Below are positions 33,164 through 47,330 of a DNA stretch of 64,000 nucleotides, one piece after another (within the stretch, counting starts at the first letter, position 1; each line of letters starts with the position of its first letter). The translations under genes and the position numbers were made by a program. The stretch is from Macrostomum lignano (taxonomy: Eukaryota). The notes beneath the pieces are model-generated. The model was not told the origin of the DNA, made no database searches, and saw only the letters and a list, made by a program, of their open reading frames with translations. The stretch spans positions 1-64,000 of the forward strand of contig NIVC01001003.1 of assembly GCA_002269645.1 (NCBI GenBank), written 5' to 3'.

Positions 33164-35364
33164 TCAGTGGAACTGCTGGCAGGAGGCCAGGCGCTGCATC
33201 CGCGAGTGCCGCTTGTGGCTGTGCCGCCGCTGCCAGTCCAGCCTGTCGCGCTGGAAGGCCGCCAGCTCGTTGCGGAACGCCGGATCGGACATTCGGCGAT
33301 AAAATTGAGGCTGACAGTCCTCCTGGCGGGCGGGGAGCGGGACCGACTTTCTAAGAAACTGCAACCCGTCTGACACTTTCTAAGAAACTGCAACCCGTCC
33401 GACACTTTCTAAGAAACTGCAACCCGTCCGACACTTTCTAAGAAACTGCCACCCGTCTGACACTTTCTAAGAAACTGCAATCCGTCTGAGACAGAAACTT
33501 TCCAAGAAAATGCAATCCGTCTGAGACTTTCTAAGAAACTGCAACCCGTCTGACACTTTCTAAGAAACAGCAACCCGTCTGACACTTTCTAAGAAACAGC
33601 AACCCGTCTGACACTATCTTTTTCGCTTCTGAGAAATCAAATAACGTTTCAGATTTATCGTATTAAAATACTTTTTAATTGTTTCTTAGAATCCAATACA
33701 AATTCTTAGAAAAAGTTCAGTCTGTTTTGCAATTGATTTGTATTTGTGTATTTTCTGTTTGAATGCTTAAAATCCAAATTTTTAAACGTTTTAAAAAAAC
33801 AGGATTTTTCTGACTACTACTACTTTAAGTAGAGCTAACCCAGTAATTGGCTAATTTTTCTTTAACTCAACGTCGACTTGTGTGTTACCTTGTGCGCATT
33901 GAAGAAGCTCTTGTACCCGTCCTTCAGCAGGTACACTTCCGGGAAGTGCAGAATTGGATAGTTCTCAGCGTTGCACTCGCGATCTGTCTGTCTAAGAAAC
34001 CTCGCCAGCTTCGGCGCCCGTTCGCTGCTGAATTCGCAGTGGAAAATCAGAACCGGTCGGGGAGACTCGACGGCGTTGCCCGAGGCCGCCGCGGCCACCG
34101 CCGGTTCAACAATGGTGGACAGCAGGTCCTCCTTGGAAAAGAAAATTTTTGTTGTAACTTTTAGTAAAATTTCTATCGATAACAAAAAACACGCTAATTT
34201 TTCTTTACACTCTACTGTAAGCAATTTTTGCAAACTGACCTGCTTGTAAATATTAATAGCGCCCTGGATGTGGCCGCCGTCGAACTCATAGGGATAGCGG
34301 CAGTCGATTATTTGATAGTTCGGCACCCTGTCGGCGAATTCGCCCCTCAGCAGGCCGCTGACCGTGGCGGCGGTCACGTAGCGGATGCCGTAGTCCATCT
34401 CCTTGACAGTGGGCAGCGAGTGCTGCTGCTCAGAGTTGCCAATCAAATTTAACGAGTCGATTGAAGCGATGGCCTTGTCCACCTTGTCGGAGTCCAGGGT
34501 GCTGCCGCGCTTGCTATTCAGGGCGCTCATCTCGCTGGTGCAGCGCTGGAGCAGCGGCGGCTTCTTTGACTGTTGATGCTGCTGATGTTGAAGCTCTGAA
34601 GTCGCTGACGGCGCCTTTGAATTGGTCGAATCGCCGAGGGGAGTTCGGCCGAGTCGTCGGCGCTTCGGAGTGGCCGTTTTCGGCGTCTGGTCCAGCGGCT
34701 GCTGCGGCTGCTCCGGCTGGCTCACCGGCGAGGGACGCTTGAAGCTGCGCCTTCGTGGCTGCTGCTGACTTCTAGCCGCCGTTGCTGGCGGAGGCCTCGG
34801 CGGCGGCGGCGGCGCCTGCATCGACGTCGGGCTGGACGAGAAGCCGAACAGCGGCACCGTGGCGAGGCGCGGCTCGTTCGCCGGCTGCTGAGGAGCGCCG
34901 GTGCCGCTCCTGGCGGCATTGCCGGCTGCCATCGGCGACCAGAGGCGTCGGCGAAGCGTCGGCTCCGACGGTGACGAGCAGAACGCCGGAGCAGCCGCCG
35001 TCGTCCTCGACCGGATCGGCGTCCCGTTGCAGTCAGTCGTCGCCGCGTTCTCCTCGTCGTCGTAGCCGGGCAGGCGTGCCGGCACCCAGTCGTCTTCGTT
35101 GTCGTCTTCGCAGCTGAACTGCTGCTGCAGGGTCGGCCGTCGGAACTGCAACAGCGAGTCGTTGCTGTCGTCAATTCCGAACCTGACGCTGTCGCTGATC
35201 AGGGCGGGCTTGACGGCGGAGCTGGAGGCCGCTGCACCGGCGCTCACCGACGGGGTGAGTCCGGCGCCAGAAAGCTGGTGAGTCAGGCTGGTCATCGGGG
35301 AGGCGAACACGGCGTTGTCATCGTCGGCAACAACAACTGACTCGTGCGACTGGTTAACTGGCAT
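33164..35364 (-). CDS. cdc25: M-phase inducer phosphatase Cdc25; exons 35364-34240, 34131-33889, 33322-33164
   Basis: IIDCRYPYEFDGGHI, catalytic IFHCEFSSERAP, YPILHFPEVYLLKDGY, and last exon CQPQFYRRM. Long S/P-rich N-terminal region. Both introns are phase 0 GT-AG. An acceptor at 35367 implies a further upstream exon. Confidence 0.95.
33345..33615. repeat. ~29-bp minisatellite (GACACTTTCTAAGAAACTGCAACCCGTCT)n in cdc25 intron 2
   Basis: About 9 units visible. Confidence 0.9.
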
Positions 35365-35479
35365 TGCTGATTGAGGGGCTAAGGGAAACAGTTAAAAATA
35401 AAATGACTATTATACTGAAGGTCTTATTCTATAGAAAAATCGCTCAGCTATCTAGTACTAGTAGCTTATCTGACTCTGC

Positions 35480-35900
35480 GTCTGTCCAGAGGGGACCTGG
35501 CTGCGATGGAAGCGGGCTCGGAGCCGGGTTCACGGCCGGGTTATAAGGGGTAGCGGAGGTTGAGGTTGAGGTCCTCCCACTCCCAGCGTCGGGCCTCTCC
35601 GGGACTGAGTGACTCGGATTCTCTGGTCCAATGGGCGTCTGGCATAACTGTGTGGGGCCTCCGTGACCTGGAGGCCAGGGGTTGGGGTCCAGAAGGCTGC
35701 GTGTTCTGGCAGTGTACGTGAAGCCAGGAGAGAGGGGCCAAACGTGCTTCTGGGCTGGGCCAATGAAACTTGTGTGGGGGTGTTTTGGTTCGCGTCCCGG
35801 AGAGGGTGTAAGGCGCTCTGGGCCTCAGGAAGGAGCCAAGGGAGGCCCTTGTCCTGTCTTGGCAAAAGAAGACTTTGTCCAACAATTGCTTCGTCTGTGT
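35480..35900 (-). pseudogene. Possible decayed non-LTR retrotransposon C-terminal region (post-RNase H)
   Basis: Peptides GPSLLASRTLPEHAAFWTPTPGL and SLSPGEARR..LRYPL loosely resemble Loa-type ORF2 ends. Recognition is by memory only. Confidence 0.3.
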
Positions 35901-36039
35901 GTGTGTGTGTGTGCTTTGTTTCGTCTGCTTTGCTTGCGGTCAGGGCAAAGGCGCATGCGTGCTCTGCTGCCTCTGATGCCTCTGATGCCTCTTTGATTGC
36001 TTTGGTCTGTCTTGTGCTGATTTCATGGTGGGATAGTGA

Positions 36040-36935
36040 GAGGGAGAGGTGAGGGCGAGAGAGGCAGAAGGAGGAAGAGATGAGGGAGGGAGAGGCACAG
36101 AGAGGGAGATGAGGGAGAGAGGCAGAGGGGGAGATAGGGGGGAGAGGCTGAGGGGCAGATGGGGGGAGAGGAAGAGGTGAGATGTGGGAGAGAGAGAGAG
36201 AGGCAGAGGGGGAGATGGGGGGAGAGGCAGAGGAGAGATGTGGGAGAGAGAGGCAGGGGGAGACGTGGGAGAGGGAGGCAGAGGGGGAGATGTGGGAGAG
36301 GGAGGCAGGGGGGGGAGATGTGGGAGAGGGAGACAGAGGGGGAGATGTGGGAGAGGGAGACAGAGGGGGAGATGTGGGAGAGGGAGACAGAGGGGGGAGA
36401 TGTGGGAGAGGGAGACAGGGGGGGAGATGTGGGAGAGGGAGACAGGGGGGAGATGTGGGAGAGGGAGACAGAGGGGGGAGATGTGGGAGAGGGAGACAGG
36501 GGGGAGATGTGGGAGAGAGAGGCAGAGGGGGAGATGTGGGAGAGGGAGACAGAGGGGGGAGATGTGGGAGAGGGAGACAGAGGGGGAGATGTGGGAGAGG
36601 GAGACAGGGGGGGAGATGTGGGAGAGGGAGACAGGGGGGAGATGTGGGAGAGGGAGACAGAGGGGGGAGATGTGGGAGAGGGAGACAGAGGGGGGAGATG
36701 TGGGAGAGGGAGACAGAGGGGGGAGATGTGGGAGAGGGAGGCAGAGGGGGAGATGTGGGAGAGGGAGGCAGAGGGGAGAGATGTGGGAGAGGGAGGCAGA
36801 GGGGGGAGATGTGGGAGAGAGAGGCAGAGGGAAAGATATGGGAGAGGAAGGCAGAGGGGGAGATGTGGGAGAGAGAGGCAGAGGGGGAGATGTGGGAGAG
36901 GGAGACAGAGGGGGAGATGTGGGAGAGGGAGAATG
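36040..36935. repeat. G-rich minisatellite (GGGGAGATGTGGGAGAGGGAGACAGA)n
   Basis: Directly visible. Confidence 0.93.
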
Positions 36936-37319
36936 ATACAAAAGAGTAACACAGAGCAAAATCTTCCGTCTGTGCCAGGCACAAAAGCCAGCAAAATCGC
37001 AGTGTAAGATTCGAGCAGAAGCAATAAGGTTTCCTATGCACCGGAGCATTATATTTATGCAACACAGGAACAAGCATTCGATAAAATAATTTCTAAAAGC
37101 AAACTTCCAGACTTGGCTTAGTACGAGCTAGAAAGGAATTTTGTTGTGTAATAAAAAAATTTAATGCTTTGCAAAACCTGTAGCCACTCGGGTTTCCCCA
37201 GGTTTTTCGCTCCACTCTCTCACGACTGCCAGCTGTTCAGCAGAAGAGTTCAAATTAAGGCCAAGGCTGTTCCAGAGCCACCCGGAATATGTATAACCCT
37301 GTATAATGTAGCTGCTTTT

Positions 37320-38512
37320 TGGGATCCGAAGGGCGCCATTTGGGATCTGATGGGCACCAATCTAGATCCGATAGGCACCAATCTAGATCTGAGGGGCGCC
37401 AATCTAGATCTGAGGGGCGTCAATCTAGATCTGATGGGCACCAATCTAGATCCGATAGGCGCCAATCTAGATCTGATGGGCACCAATCTAGATCCGATAG
37501 GCACCAATCTAGATCCGATAGGCACCAATCTAGATCTGAGGGGCGCCAATCTAGATCTGAGGGGCGTCAATCTAGATCTGAGGGGCGTCAATCTAGATCT
37601 GAGGGGCGCCAATCTAGATCTGAGGGGCGCCAATCAAGATCTGAGGGGCACCAATCAAGATCTGAGGGGCGTCAATCTAGATCTGAGGGGCGCCAATCTA
37701 GATCTGAGGGGCGTCAATCTAGATCTGAGGGGCGCCAATCAAGATCTGAGGGGCACCAATCAAGATCTGAGGGGCGTCAATCTAGATCTGAGGCGCCAAT
37801 CTAGATCTGAGGGGCGTCAATCTAGATCTGAGGGGCGCCAATCTAGATCTGAGGGGCGCCAATCTAGATCTGAGGGGCATCAATCTAGATCTGAGGGGCA
37901 CCAATCTAAATCCGATAGGCGCCAATCTAGATCTGATGGGCACCAATCTAGATCCAATAGGCACCAATCTAGATCCAATAGGCGCCAATCTAGATCTGAG
38001 GGGCGTCAATCTAGATCTGAGGGGCGTCAATCTAGATCTGAGGGGCGCCAATCAAGATCTGAGGGGCGCCAATATAGATCTGAGGGGCACCAATCTAGAT
38101 CTGAGGGATGCCAAACTGGATCTGAGGGGCGTCAATCTAGATCTAAAGGGCGTCAATCTAGATCTGAGGGGCGTCAATCTAGATCTGAGGGGCGCCAATC
38201 AAGATCTGAGGGGCGCCAATCAAGATCTGAGGGGCGCCAATATAGATCTGAGGGGCACCAATCTAGATCTGAGGGATGCCAAACTGGATCTGAGGGGCGT
38301 CAATCTAGATCTAAAGGGCGTCAATCTAGATCTGAGGGGCGTCAATCTAGATCTGAGGGCGCCAATCAGATCTGAGGGGCGCCAATCAAGATCTGAGGGG
38401 CGCCAATCAAGATCTGAGGGGCGCCAATCAAGATCTGAGGGGCGCCAATCAAGATCTGAGGGGCGCCAATCAAGATCTGAGGGGCGCCAATCAAGATCTG
38501 AGGGGCGCCCAT
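37320..38512. repeat. 21-bp minisatellite (GGCGCCAATCTAGATCTGAGG)n
   Basis: More than 50 units with variants; its first unit resembles the unit of the 38905 array. Confidence 0.95.
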
Positions 38513-38904
38513 CTGAACATGAAAGTTAAAACACTAAGACAGATACATGTTGCTTTGTGAAGAATTTAAGGATTAAGGAATGATGGATTTTAAAAGCTTT
38601 AATCTTCTCTGATTTTTGTCTATCTGCCGAGTCATACCTCTATTGTAATTCCCCATCTGATATCCTAGGCTGGAGTCTTGCGTGAGTTCCGCATGCTGTC
38701 CACATGTATATCTCAGATATCAAACCATTGCCAAATTACAAATGCGCCACCGTCACAAATTAGACTTGCTAATTAGCTTGGCTTGTATTATACAAAACTG
38801 TGCCTGACTAACTGGAAAGTTCTATAAATAGATGCAGTCTGGGTTGGTCTCCGATTTCTCAGTGGCCCCTGTTTTGAATTAATCCTTATATGTCGCTGCG
38901 TGTT

Positions 38905-39300
38905 TGGGATCTGAGTGGCGCCATTTGGGATCTGAGTGGCGCCATTTGGGATCTGAGTGGCGCCATTTGGGATCTGAGTGGCGCCATTTGGGATCTGAGT
39001 GGCGCCATTTGGGATCTGAGTGGCGCTATTTGGGATCTGAGTGGCGCCATTTGGGATCTGAGTGGTGCCATTTGGGATCTGAGTGGCGCCATTTGAGATC
39101 TGAGTGGCGCCATTTGGGATCTGAGTGGCGCCATTTGGGATTTGAGTGGCGCGATTTGGGATCTGAGTGGTGCCATTTGGGATCTGAGTGGCGCCATTTG
39201 GGATCTGAGTGGTGCCATTTGGGATCTGAGTGGCGCCATTTGGGATCTGAGTGGCGCCATTTGGGATCTGAGTGACGCCAATCTGGAACGGAGGGGCGCC
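38905..39300. repeat. 21-bp minisatellite (GGCGCCATTTGGGATCTGAGT)n
   Basis: About 18 units visible. Confidence 0.95.
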
Positions 39301-40074
39301 ATCTACAGCTCAGAAACCGGCCATTATTATCTTCAATGTGTCAATTTTAATTCAGTAACAAAACCGTAGGACATTGGGGGTGGGGGATTCAGTGAAATAA
39401 ATATACGTGTAGGTATTCTAATTAGCACTTTCCAATAGTAACCAAGTGAAGCTTGAGCTTCGATGGAAGCCGAGGTACCCCCGGGGCCCTAGCAATTTAC
39501 CAAAAAGATCAACGCCATTGCAATAGCCCGATTTTGATTAGTTCGACTTTGGCAGTTAGAAACCAAGCATGGTTTAAGCTATCTAGGAGAAAAATGTCAG
39601 ATGACAATTGCTTTTAGAGTTGATTGATTGACAACTACGTGTATGGTTATGGTTATGCTGTTTAGGCTCATCTTACATTTATATCGTAAGTTGGTTATAA
39701 AGATTACAGTGGATCTGTGTTGGAACTAACTAGCATAGTTTTAATTTCTTGGCTCTGCTGGAATGTAGAGAATGGGGGTTGTCCCATAACAGTTACAGTG
39801 CCTGACTGGGAGGCAAGATTCTTCAACCTTCTATCGGCATTTTCTTCCAAGCTTATGTCCGAGAAACAAGGCAAAAGCCAATTTTTTAAAGAGTTTCTGT
39901 TCTGCAGCCGGTTCCCATGCGGCGCTGTACAAGCGGAATCAAAAATTGATACTTTGGCAAGCCTTACTGGATTAGAGCTTTGCGCTGTTGACTTCTACGA
40001 ATAGAAGACTGTAGCAATTTCGTTGTAGCAGTGTGCATGTTGCAGACTTCGAGAGAAGGGGGCTGACAGACAAG

Positions 40075-41380
40075 ATAGAGGGAGACAGGATTCTGTGGCG
40101 GGACGGGGGAACAGAAGAATGAGATACAAGGGAGGGAGACACAAGAGAAGGAGATAAGACAGGGAGAAACAAGATAGGGAGACAAGACAGGGAGAGACAA
40201 GACAGAGAGAGACAAGAGAGAGAGAGACAAGAGAGGGAGAGACAAGAGAGAGAGAGACAAGAGAGGGAGAGACAAGAGAGAGAGAGAGAGACAAGAGAGG
40301 GAGAGACAAGAGAGAGAGAGAGACAAGAGAGAGAGAGACAAGAGAGAGAGAGACAAGAGAGAGAGAGACAAGAGAGAGAGAGAGACAAGAGAGGGAGAGA
40401 CAAGAGAGAGAGAGACAAGAGAGGGAGAGACAAGAGAGAGAGAGACAAGAGAGGGAGAGAGATACAAGAGAGGGAGAGAGAGACAAGAGAGGGAGAGACA
40501 AGAGAGGGAGAGACAAGAGAGGGAGAGACAAGAGAGAGAGAGACAAGAGAGGGAGAGACAAGAGAGAGAGAGACAAGAGAGGGAGAGACAAGAGAGAGAG
40601 AGAGAGACAAGAGAGGGAGAGAGATACAAGAGAGGGAGAGAGAGACAAGAGAGGGAGAGAGAGACAAGAGAGGGAGAGACAAGAGAGGGAGAGACAAGAG
40701 AGGGAGAGAGATACAAGAGAGGGAGAGAGAGACAAGAAAGGGAGAGACAAGAGAGGGAGAGAGAGACAAGAGAGGGAGAGACAAGAGAGAGAGAGAGACA
40801 AGAGAGGGAGAGACAAGAGAGGGAGAGACAAGAGAGGGAGAGACAAGAGAGAGAGAGAGAGAGAGACAAGAGAGGGAGAGACAAGAGAGGGAGAGACAAG
40901 AGAGAGAGAGACAAGAGAGGGAGAGACAAGAGAGAGAGAGACAAGAGAGGGAGAGACAAGAGAGGGAGAGACAAGAGAGAGAGAGAGAGACAAGAGAGGG
41001 AGAGACAAGAGAGGGAGAGACAAGAGAGGGAGAGACAAGAGAGGGAGAGACAAGAGAGAGAGAGAGAGACAAGAGAGGGAGAGACAAGAGAGGGAGAGAC
41101 AAGAGAGGGAGAGACAAGAGAGAGAGAGACAAGAGAGGGAGAGACAAGAGAGGGAGAGACAAGAGAGGGAGAGACAAGAGAGGGAGAGACAAGAGAGGGA
41201 GAGACAAGAGAGAGAGAGAGAGACAAGAGAGGGAGAGACAAGAGAGGGAGAGACAAGAGAGAGAGAGACAAGAGAGGGAGAGACAAGAGAGAGAGAGACA
41301 AGAGAGGGAGAGAGATACAAGAGAGGGAGAGACAAGAGAGAGAGAGAGAGACAAGAGGGACAGGAGACGCAGAGACCCAT
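40075..41380. repeat. ~15-bp purine minisatellite (GAGACAAGAGAGGGA)n
   Basis: Directly visible. Confidence 0.95.
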
Positions 41381-42009
41381 AAATAGATTTAGATAGCGTC
41401 CCTATCTAAATTGAATTGCAAAATCTCATCACATCTGCCCATATGGAGGTAAATAATTATTTATTTAGTCATATATTATGCTGCCAACTGGGCGAGTGCG
41501 AGGGCGCTGGTGCAAGATTACGTAACAGATTTCTCGCTAAACCAAAAGCATTCTGCATAGCCTATTGTATTGATATAATAAGCTGTATGCAGACCCAAAG
41601 TCTATCCGCAAATTTTCTAATATCATGGTTATTTGCAGCTACGGACTCCGGATAATTTGCTAGTCGAAATTCGAGGTGATAAAAACGAATGCAAACCCTC
41701 TATGGTTTTTGAGTCGCAGTTTTACTCAAATATCGCCTGGAGGCATTCATAGCATAATAAGTTAGTAAATTCATATACCAGTAGAAGAAGGGATACAACG
41801 GTGATCTCGAACTCAACGGGAGATCACTGTGAGTTCTCTAAAACTCGGACTTAATGTTATACCCGGTATTTAACTATAGTTTACGGATATACACTGTAGC
41901 TTAGGAAAGACTGCTGTTCTAGCTTTCAGTTTTTAGTCACACTTTTAGTGCTTTTGTGCAGTTTCTATCCAGATAGAGCAATTAGGGTTCTATAAAACCC
42001 CAGCACCCC

Positions 42010-42164
42010 TCTCTATCTCACTTTCTAACTCCTTCTCTCTATCTCACTCTCTTCATATTCCTCTATTCTCTCTATCTAACTCTCTTTATCTTTCTCTCTT
42101 CTCTCTATCTCACTTTCTTCATCTTCTTTTCTTCTCCCTATCTCTCATCTCTTTCTCACTCTTT

Positions 42165-42203
<39 letters not shown>

Positions 42204-42270
42204 TCCCCTCTCATCTCTCTATCTCACTCTTTTCATCTCCCTATCTCTTATCTCTTTCTCACTCTTTTCA

Positions 42271-42301
<31 letters not shown>

Positions 42302-42310
42302 CCATATAAA
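42010..42310. repeat. CT-rich low-complexity tract
   Basis: Directly visible. Confidence 0.85.
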
Positions 42311-43055
42311 ATCTTACTCTATCTATTGCCTCCTATCTCCCCTTATACACTCACTCCTCAGTCCCTGTAACTAAAACACTGCCTTTCCCTTTTTGTTTGC
42401 AATAACCTCACTCTCCTAATTGTCTCTCTTTTTAACCTTTCTACTCTCTGCTCACACATCTTACCCTCCTTGGACCCCCCCTATACTCAATTAGCAATTG
42501 GCGAAATCCAACCATAGAATTAAGGTGTTCCCAAAGCATCGCGACACGGCAGGCTAATTATCCTCGGGACCATCAATGCGAAAAACAGTCAACCTTGGCC
42601 TGAGCTGCTGGTCTCAAATTCGAACGCAATGGCAATGCAAGCAAGTCAGATGCCAATGGATAGATAAGAAACCCCACAGTCAGGTCTGGTGGACTGCATG
42701 CCCCCCTATCAATTATCACTTCAATTTCTGAGTCTAAATTCCAATTCAATTCCAGTTTTTGGATGCAAAGATTGCATTTGTGACTAAAGGGCTGATAGTA
42801 ACAAAGCGAAGTATCGATTACTTCCGGCTCAGTTCCGGCTCGCTCTCTTTATTTGCATCCTGGTCTTCTGCTACTGCAGCTCTGCGTGCTGCTGTGGAGT
42901 TCTTTTAAGCTAAACTGCAAGTTGGAACACGTCACTTCCTTCCGCTGTCATTCATGCGCTCTTGCCAGGACTTACGCTTGCAGACATGGATTGTGAAAAA
43001 TACCAGGATGTGGCAACCGGATGTCTAGGGCGGGTAGCAACTAGAGAGAACTTTT

Positions 43056-43570
<515 letters not shown>

Positions 43571-45074
43571 AAGATGAGACAGTTTGTTGTGTCCAAGTTC
43601 GAAATGCCTGGCTGGGACCCAGTTCAGACCTACAGGGCAATTTACACAAACGTAATCAGCAGGCCCTCCCGCCTTCCTTATCTATCTCGTAATGCTGTGC
43701 AAGGCCAGTCCAAGTCTTTGTCCATCAATCGTGGGCCCCCCGGCCGTCTCAGCCCCATGAAGCGAAGCAATGCCTTCATTTCTCTTACCCTCCCCGCCAC
43801 ATTATTTATCTATCACGCAGTTCCCAGGCTGATAGCAGACGGGACTGCAGGTGACCAGAGACCAGAAGTAGACGGGGGGAGGACACCCAAGCCCCTGACT
43901 CGCTCCGTTGCTTCAGTTCGACAGTGAATGATGAAATTTTGAAGCCATCGAACGAATCATGCTTCTTCTTCTATAGTTCTAGTTGAAACAGCTGGAAATC
44001 GCGGTTTCTGTTCCCTTCACCCTGTTTCCCCCCCAGTCAGAATGGATGGGATGTACGCGCTTTCACCCGCCTTTAGTTTGCGTCCCTGTCCCGTTCTTCG
44101 TAACCTCCCACCAAACACGTACATTTGGAGATGAGGTTTTTCGAGAGGCAACGGTGGAGCGGAGAGGCGATAAGGGGGGCTGTCTCAACCCCCATAGACA
44201 AAAGCTATTCAGCTTTGAATATATCGATTTTCGTGGGCGGAATCCAAGGCAGGCTCGGAGGCCTCATAGAATGAATAATTGCTCGGGTCTAGCCGCCCAA
44301 CTACCCCATTCAAAAAGCGCGAAAAAGACCCAGGCCAGGTCACATACCATCTCGCTTCACCTCCCTTTCAAGGATGTATGTTATGTATGATATGAACCTA
44401 TACATAACATAACATTTAGCATAACATGACAACCTTTAGCAGTGTTAAAAAATTGATGATACACCAATAAAAACGTCAATTGATGTAAAATCATGCACAT
44501 ATTCGGTTCATTACTTCATTTTAGATTTTTAAAGAAATGGTTTTTTCTTGACCATAGACTATAGCAGTTAATATAGCAGTTGTTACATAATAAAATGTAC
44601 AGAGTGGCATCCAGGGTAGATATAGCATAGGCCATAGACTATAGCAGTTAACACACAATGCTTACAGCTTCTCCAGATTCCTATACAAAGGTCTCCTTGG
44701 CTCTTCAACTCGTGGGGGCACGCGAGCGGGCAAGCCGCGGCCTGGTCTGGCCTGGATCCCTGAACGCATGCAGGCCCCCAACACCCCACCCCCACACCCC
44801 AGTTGCCCCGAGTAGAAACGAAAGAAAGCCCAAAAGCATTGTATAAAGGCCCGCCTCTCTGCTGTGGTGGCGACCTTGGTGTGCCTTCTAGTTTTGTTAT
44901 GCCATTCTTCAGCGGGATTGATGGGGGCGGAACAGAGCTCAGGGCGCCCGCCCTTCGATTTTCCCTGCGTGTGCCAAAGGGCTATTGCTTAACCTGTAAG
45001 ACATATGCGGGCTTAATGCTAAAATCTCCTGTCTCTTAGACTTCCAAGCTTCCAAGCATCTCTATTAATTCAAT

Positions 45075-46140
45075 GGCTTCACAATCCCCCATATTCACAA
45101 TCCCCAATCTTCACAATCCCCCAGCTTCACAATCCCCCATATTCACAATCCCCAATCTTCACAATCCCACAATCCCCAAGCTTCACAATCCCCAAGCTTC
45201 ACAATCCCCAAGCTTCACAATCCCCAAGCTTCACAATCCCCAAGCTTCGCAATCCCCAAGCTTCACAATCCCCAAGCTTCACAATCCCCAAGCTTCACAA
45301 TCCCCAAGCTTCACAATCCCCAAGCTTCACAATCCCCAAGCTTCACAATCCCCAATCTTCACAATTCCAAAGCTTCACAATCCCCCATATTCACAATCCC
45401 CAAGCTTCACAATCCCAATGCTTCACAATCCCCAATCTTCACAATCCCCAAGCTTCACAATCCCAATGCTTCACAATCCCCAAGCTTCACAATCCCCAAT
45501 ATTCACAATCCCCAAGCTTCACAATCCCCAAGCTTCACAATCTCCAAGCTTCGCAATCCCCAATCTTCACAATCCCCATTATTCACAATCCCCAATCTTC
45601 ACAATCCCAAAGCTTCACAATCCCCAATCTTCACAATCCCCATTATTCACAATCCCCAATATTCACAATCCTTAAGCTTCACAATCCCCAGTATTCACAA
45701 TCCCCAGTATTCACAATCCCCCATATTCACAATGCCCAATCTTCACAATCCCCAATCCCAAAGCTTCACAATCCCAGAGCTTCACAATCCCCATTATTCA
45801 ATCCCCAATATTCACAATCCTTAAGCTTCACAATCCCAAAGCTTCACAATCCCAAAGCTTCACAATCCCCAAGCTTCACAATCCCAAAGCTTCACAATCC
45901 CAAAGCTTCACAATCCCAAAGCTTCACAATCCCAAAGCTTCACAATCCCAAAGCTTCACAATCCCAAAGCTTCACAATCCCAAAGCTTCACAATCCCAAA
46001 GCTTCACAATCCCCAAGCTTCACAATCCCCAAGCTTCACAATCCCCAAGCTTCACAATCCCAAAGCTTCACAATCCCCAAGCTTCACAATCCCAAAGCTT
46101 CACAATCCCCAAGCTTCACAATCCCCAATCTTCACAATCC
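45075..46140. repeat. 16-bp minisatellite (CACAATCCCCAAGCTT)n
   Basis: Directly visible. Confidence 0.95.
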
Positions 46141-46789
46141 CTCATGAAACGTCGCAACCTCCCATAAAGCTTTGCAATCCCCGACATTCACAATCACCTA
46201 AATGAATATTAATAATGCATGCTTCCCTCAAGTCATTACGGAGGATTATGAAACTCCCCCCTTGATCCCAGAATTCAAGAAGGCAAAGAAGCCCATGATG
46301 CCACGCGGTCTTCGTTGCTTCTTAAAGAAAAGATTAATAGGAATATAAAACTCTTGAAAATAATCAGATAACGATACCAGTTTTTGTATCTCCTTGCATG
46401 CTATGAATATTTAGTCTACTGGTACTCAGTCTATAGAATTGAACCAACCAAGCCGACTAACACCAGCTGCGCTATGGCATGCAGATGTGCGAGAACTTCC
46501 TCACCCCTTCACAGCCTATTTCATGCAGGCATAGAGCTTATTAGCCTCAGGGTGAAGCATGCTAGTAGGTGGCCCCAGCTGGCTGGAACTTGAATGAATG
46601 TTAAGAACATTTGAATGAGAATCCCTTCTGACCCTCTGACCCTCCCACCATCGTATCGCATATGGGTTTTGATGTGTCAGATGGTGCGCAAGTGCAGTCT
46701 GCGAGGTGTGAACTTGAGGCTTGACTTGTGTTTGAGCAATAGCACAAATCATCACAAGTCTAGATTCTTTGAGTTTGACCAAGTCTCAC

Positions 46790-47330
46790 CTCATTCTCAA
46801 TCTCATTAGTGAGATCTCACCCCATTCTCAATCATAATAGTGAGATCTCGTCCCATTCTCAATCATAATAGTGAGATCTCACCCCACTCTCAATCATAAT
46901 AGTGAGATCTCACCCCATTCTCAATCATAATAGTGAGATCTCGTCCCATTCTCAATCATAATAGTGAGATCTCACCCCACTCTCAATCCCAATAGTGATA
47001 TCTCACCCCATTCTCAATCATAATAGTGAGATCTCACCCCATTCTCAATCATAATAGTGAGATCTCGTCCCATTCTCAATCATAATAGTGAGATCTCACC
47101 CCACTCTCAATCCCAATAGTGATATCTCACCCCATTCTCAATCATAATAGTGAGATCTCACCCCATTCTCAATCATAATAGTGAGATCTCGTCCCATTCT
47201 CAATCATAATAGTGAGGTCTCACCCCATTCTTGATCATAATCCATTTTATTTCAAATAATGAAATCTCATTTTACCCTCAAACCCCAGATCTCCAATAGT
47301 GAGATCTCATCGCATTCTTGATCAAAGAGA
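46790..47330. repeat. 31-bp minisatellite (GTGAGATCTCACCCCATTCTCAATCATAATA)n
   Basis: Directly visible. Confidence 0.93.

Noticed and set aside
34132-34239. Stop-free 108-nt segment in the cdc25 ORF as coding sequence
   Set aside because: It has canonical GT-AG ends and an AT-rich composition, and it would interrupt the rhodanese domain; treated as an intron.
35530-41380. Long ORFs at 35.5-41.4 kb (SPSPTSPP, GTNLDLRG, LSLSCLSL repeats)
   Set aside because: Tandem-repeat translations open in several frames; no domain or splice context.
42976-43040. Candidate first coding exon of cdc25 (ATG TCT GCA AGC|GTAAGT on minus) near ACTTCCGG motifs
   Set aside because: The phase 0 donor is out of frame with the acceptor at 35367, which needs phase 1; it could only be a UTR exon, and this is unsupported without RNA data.
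44554-44651. 20-bp direct repeat CCATAGACTATAGCAGTTAA flanking ~58 bp
   Set aside because: Could be a small local duplication; the insert has no element features.
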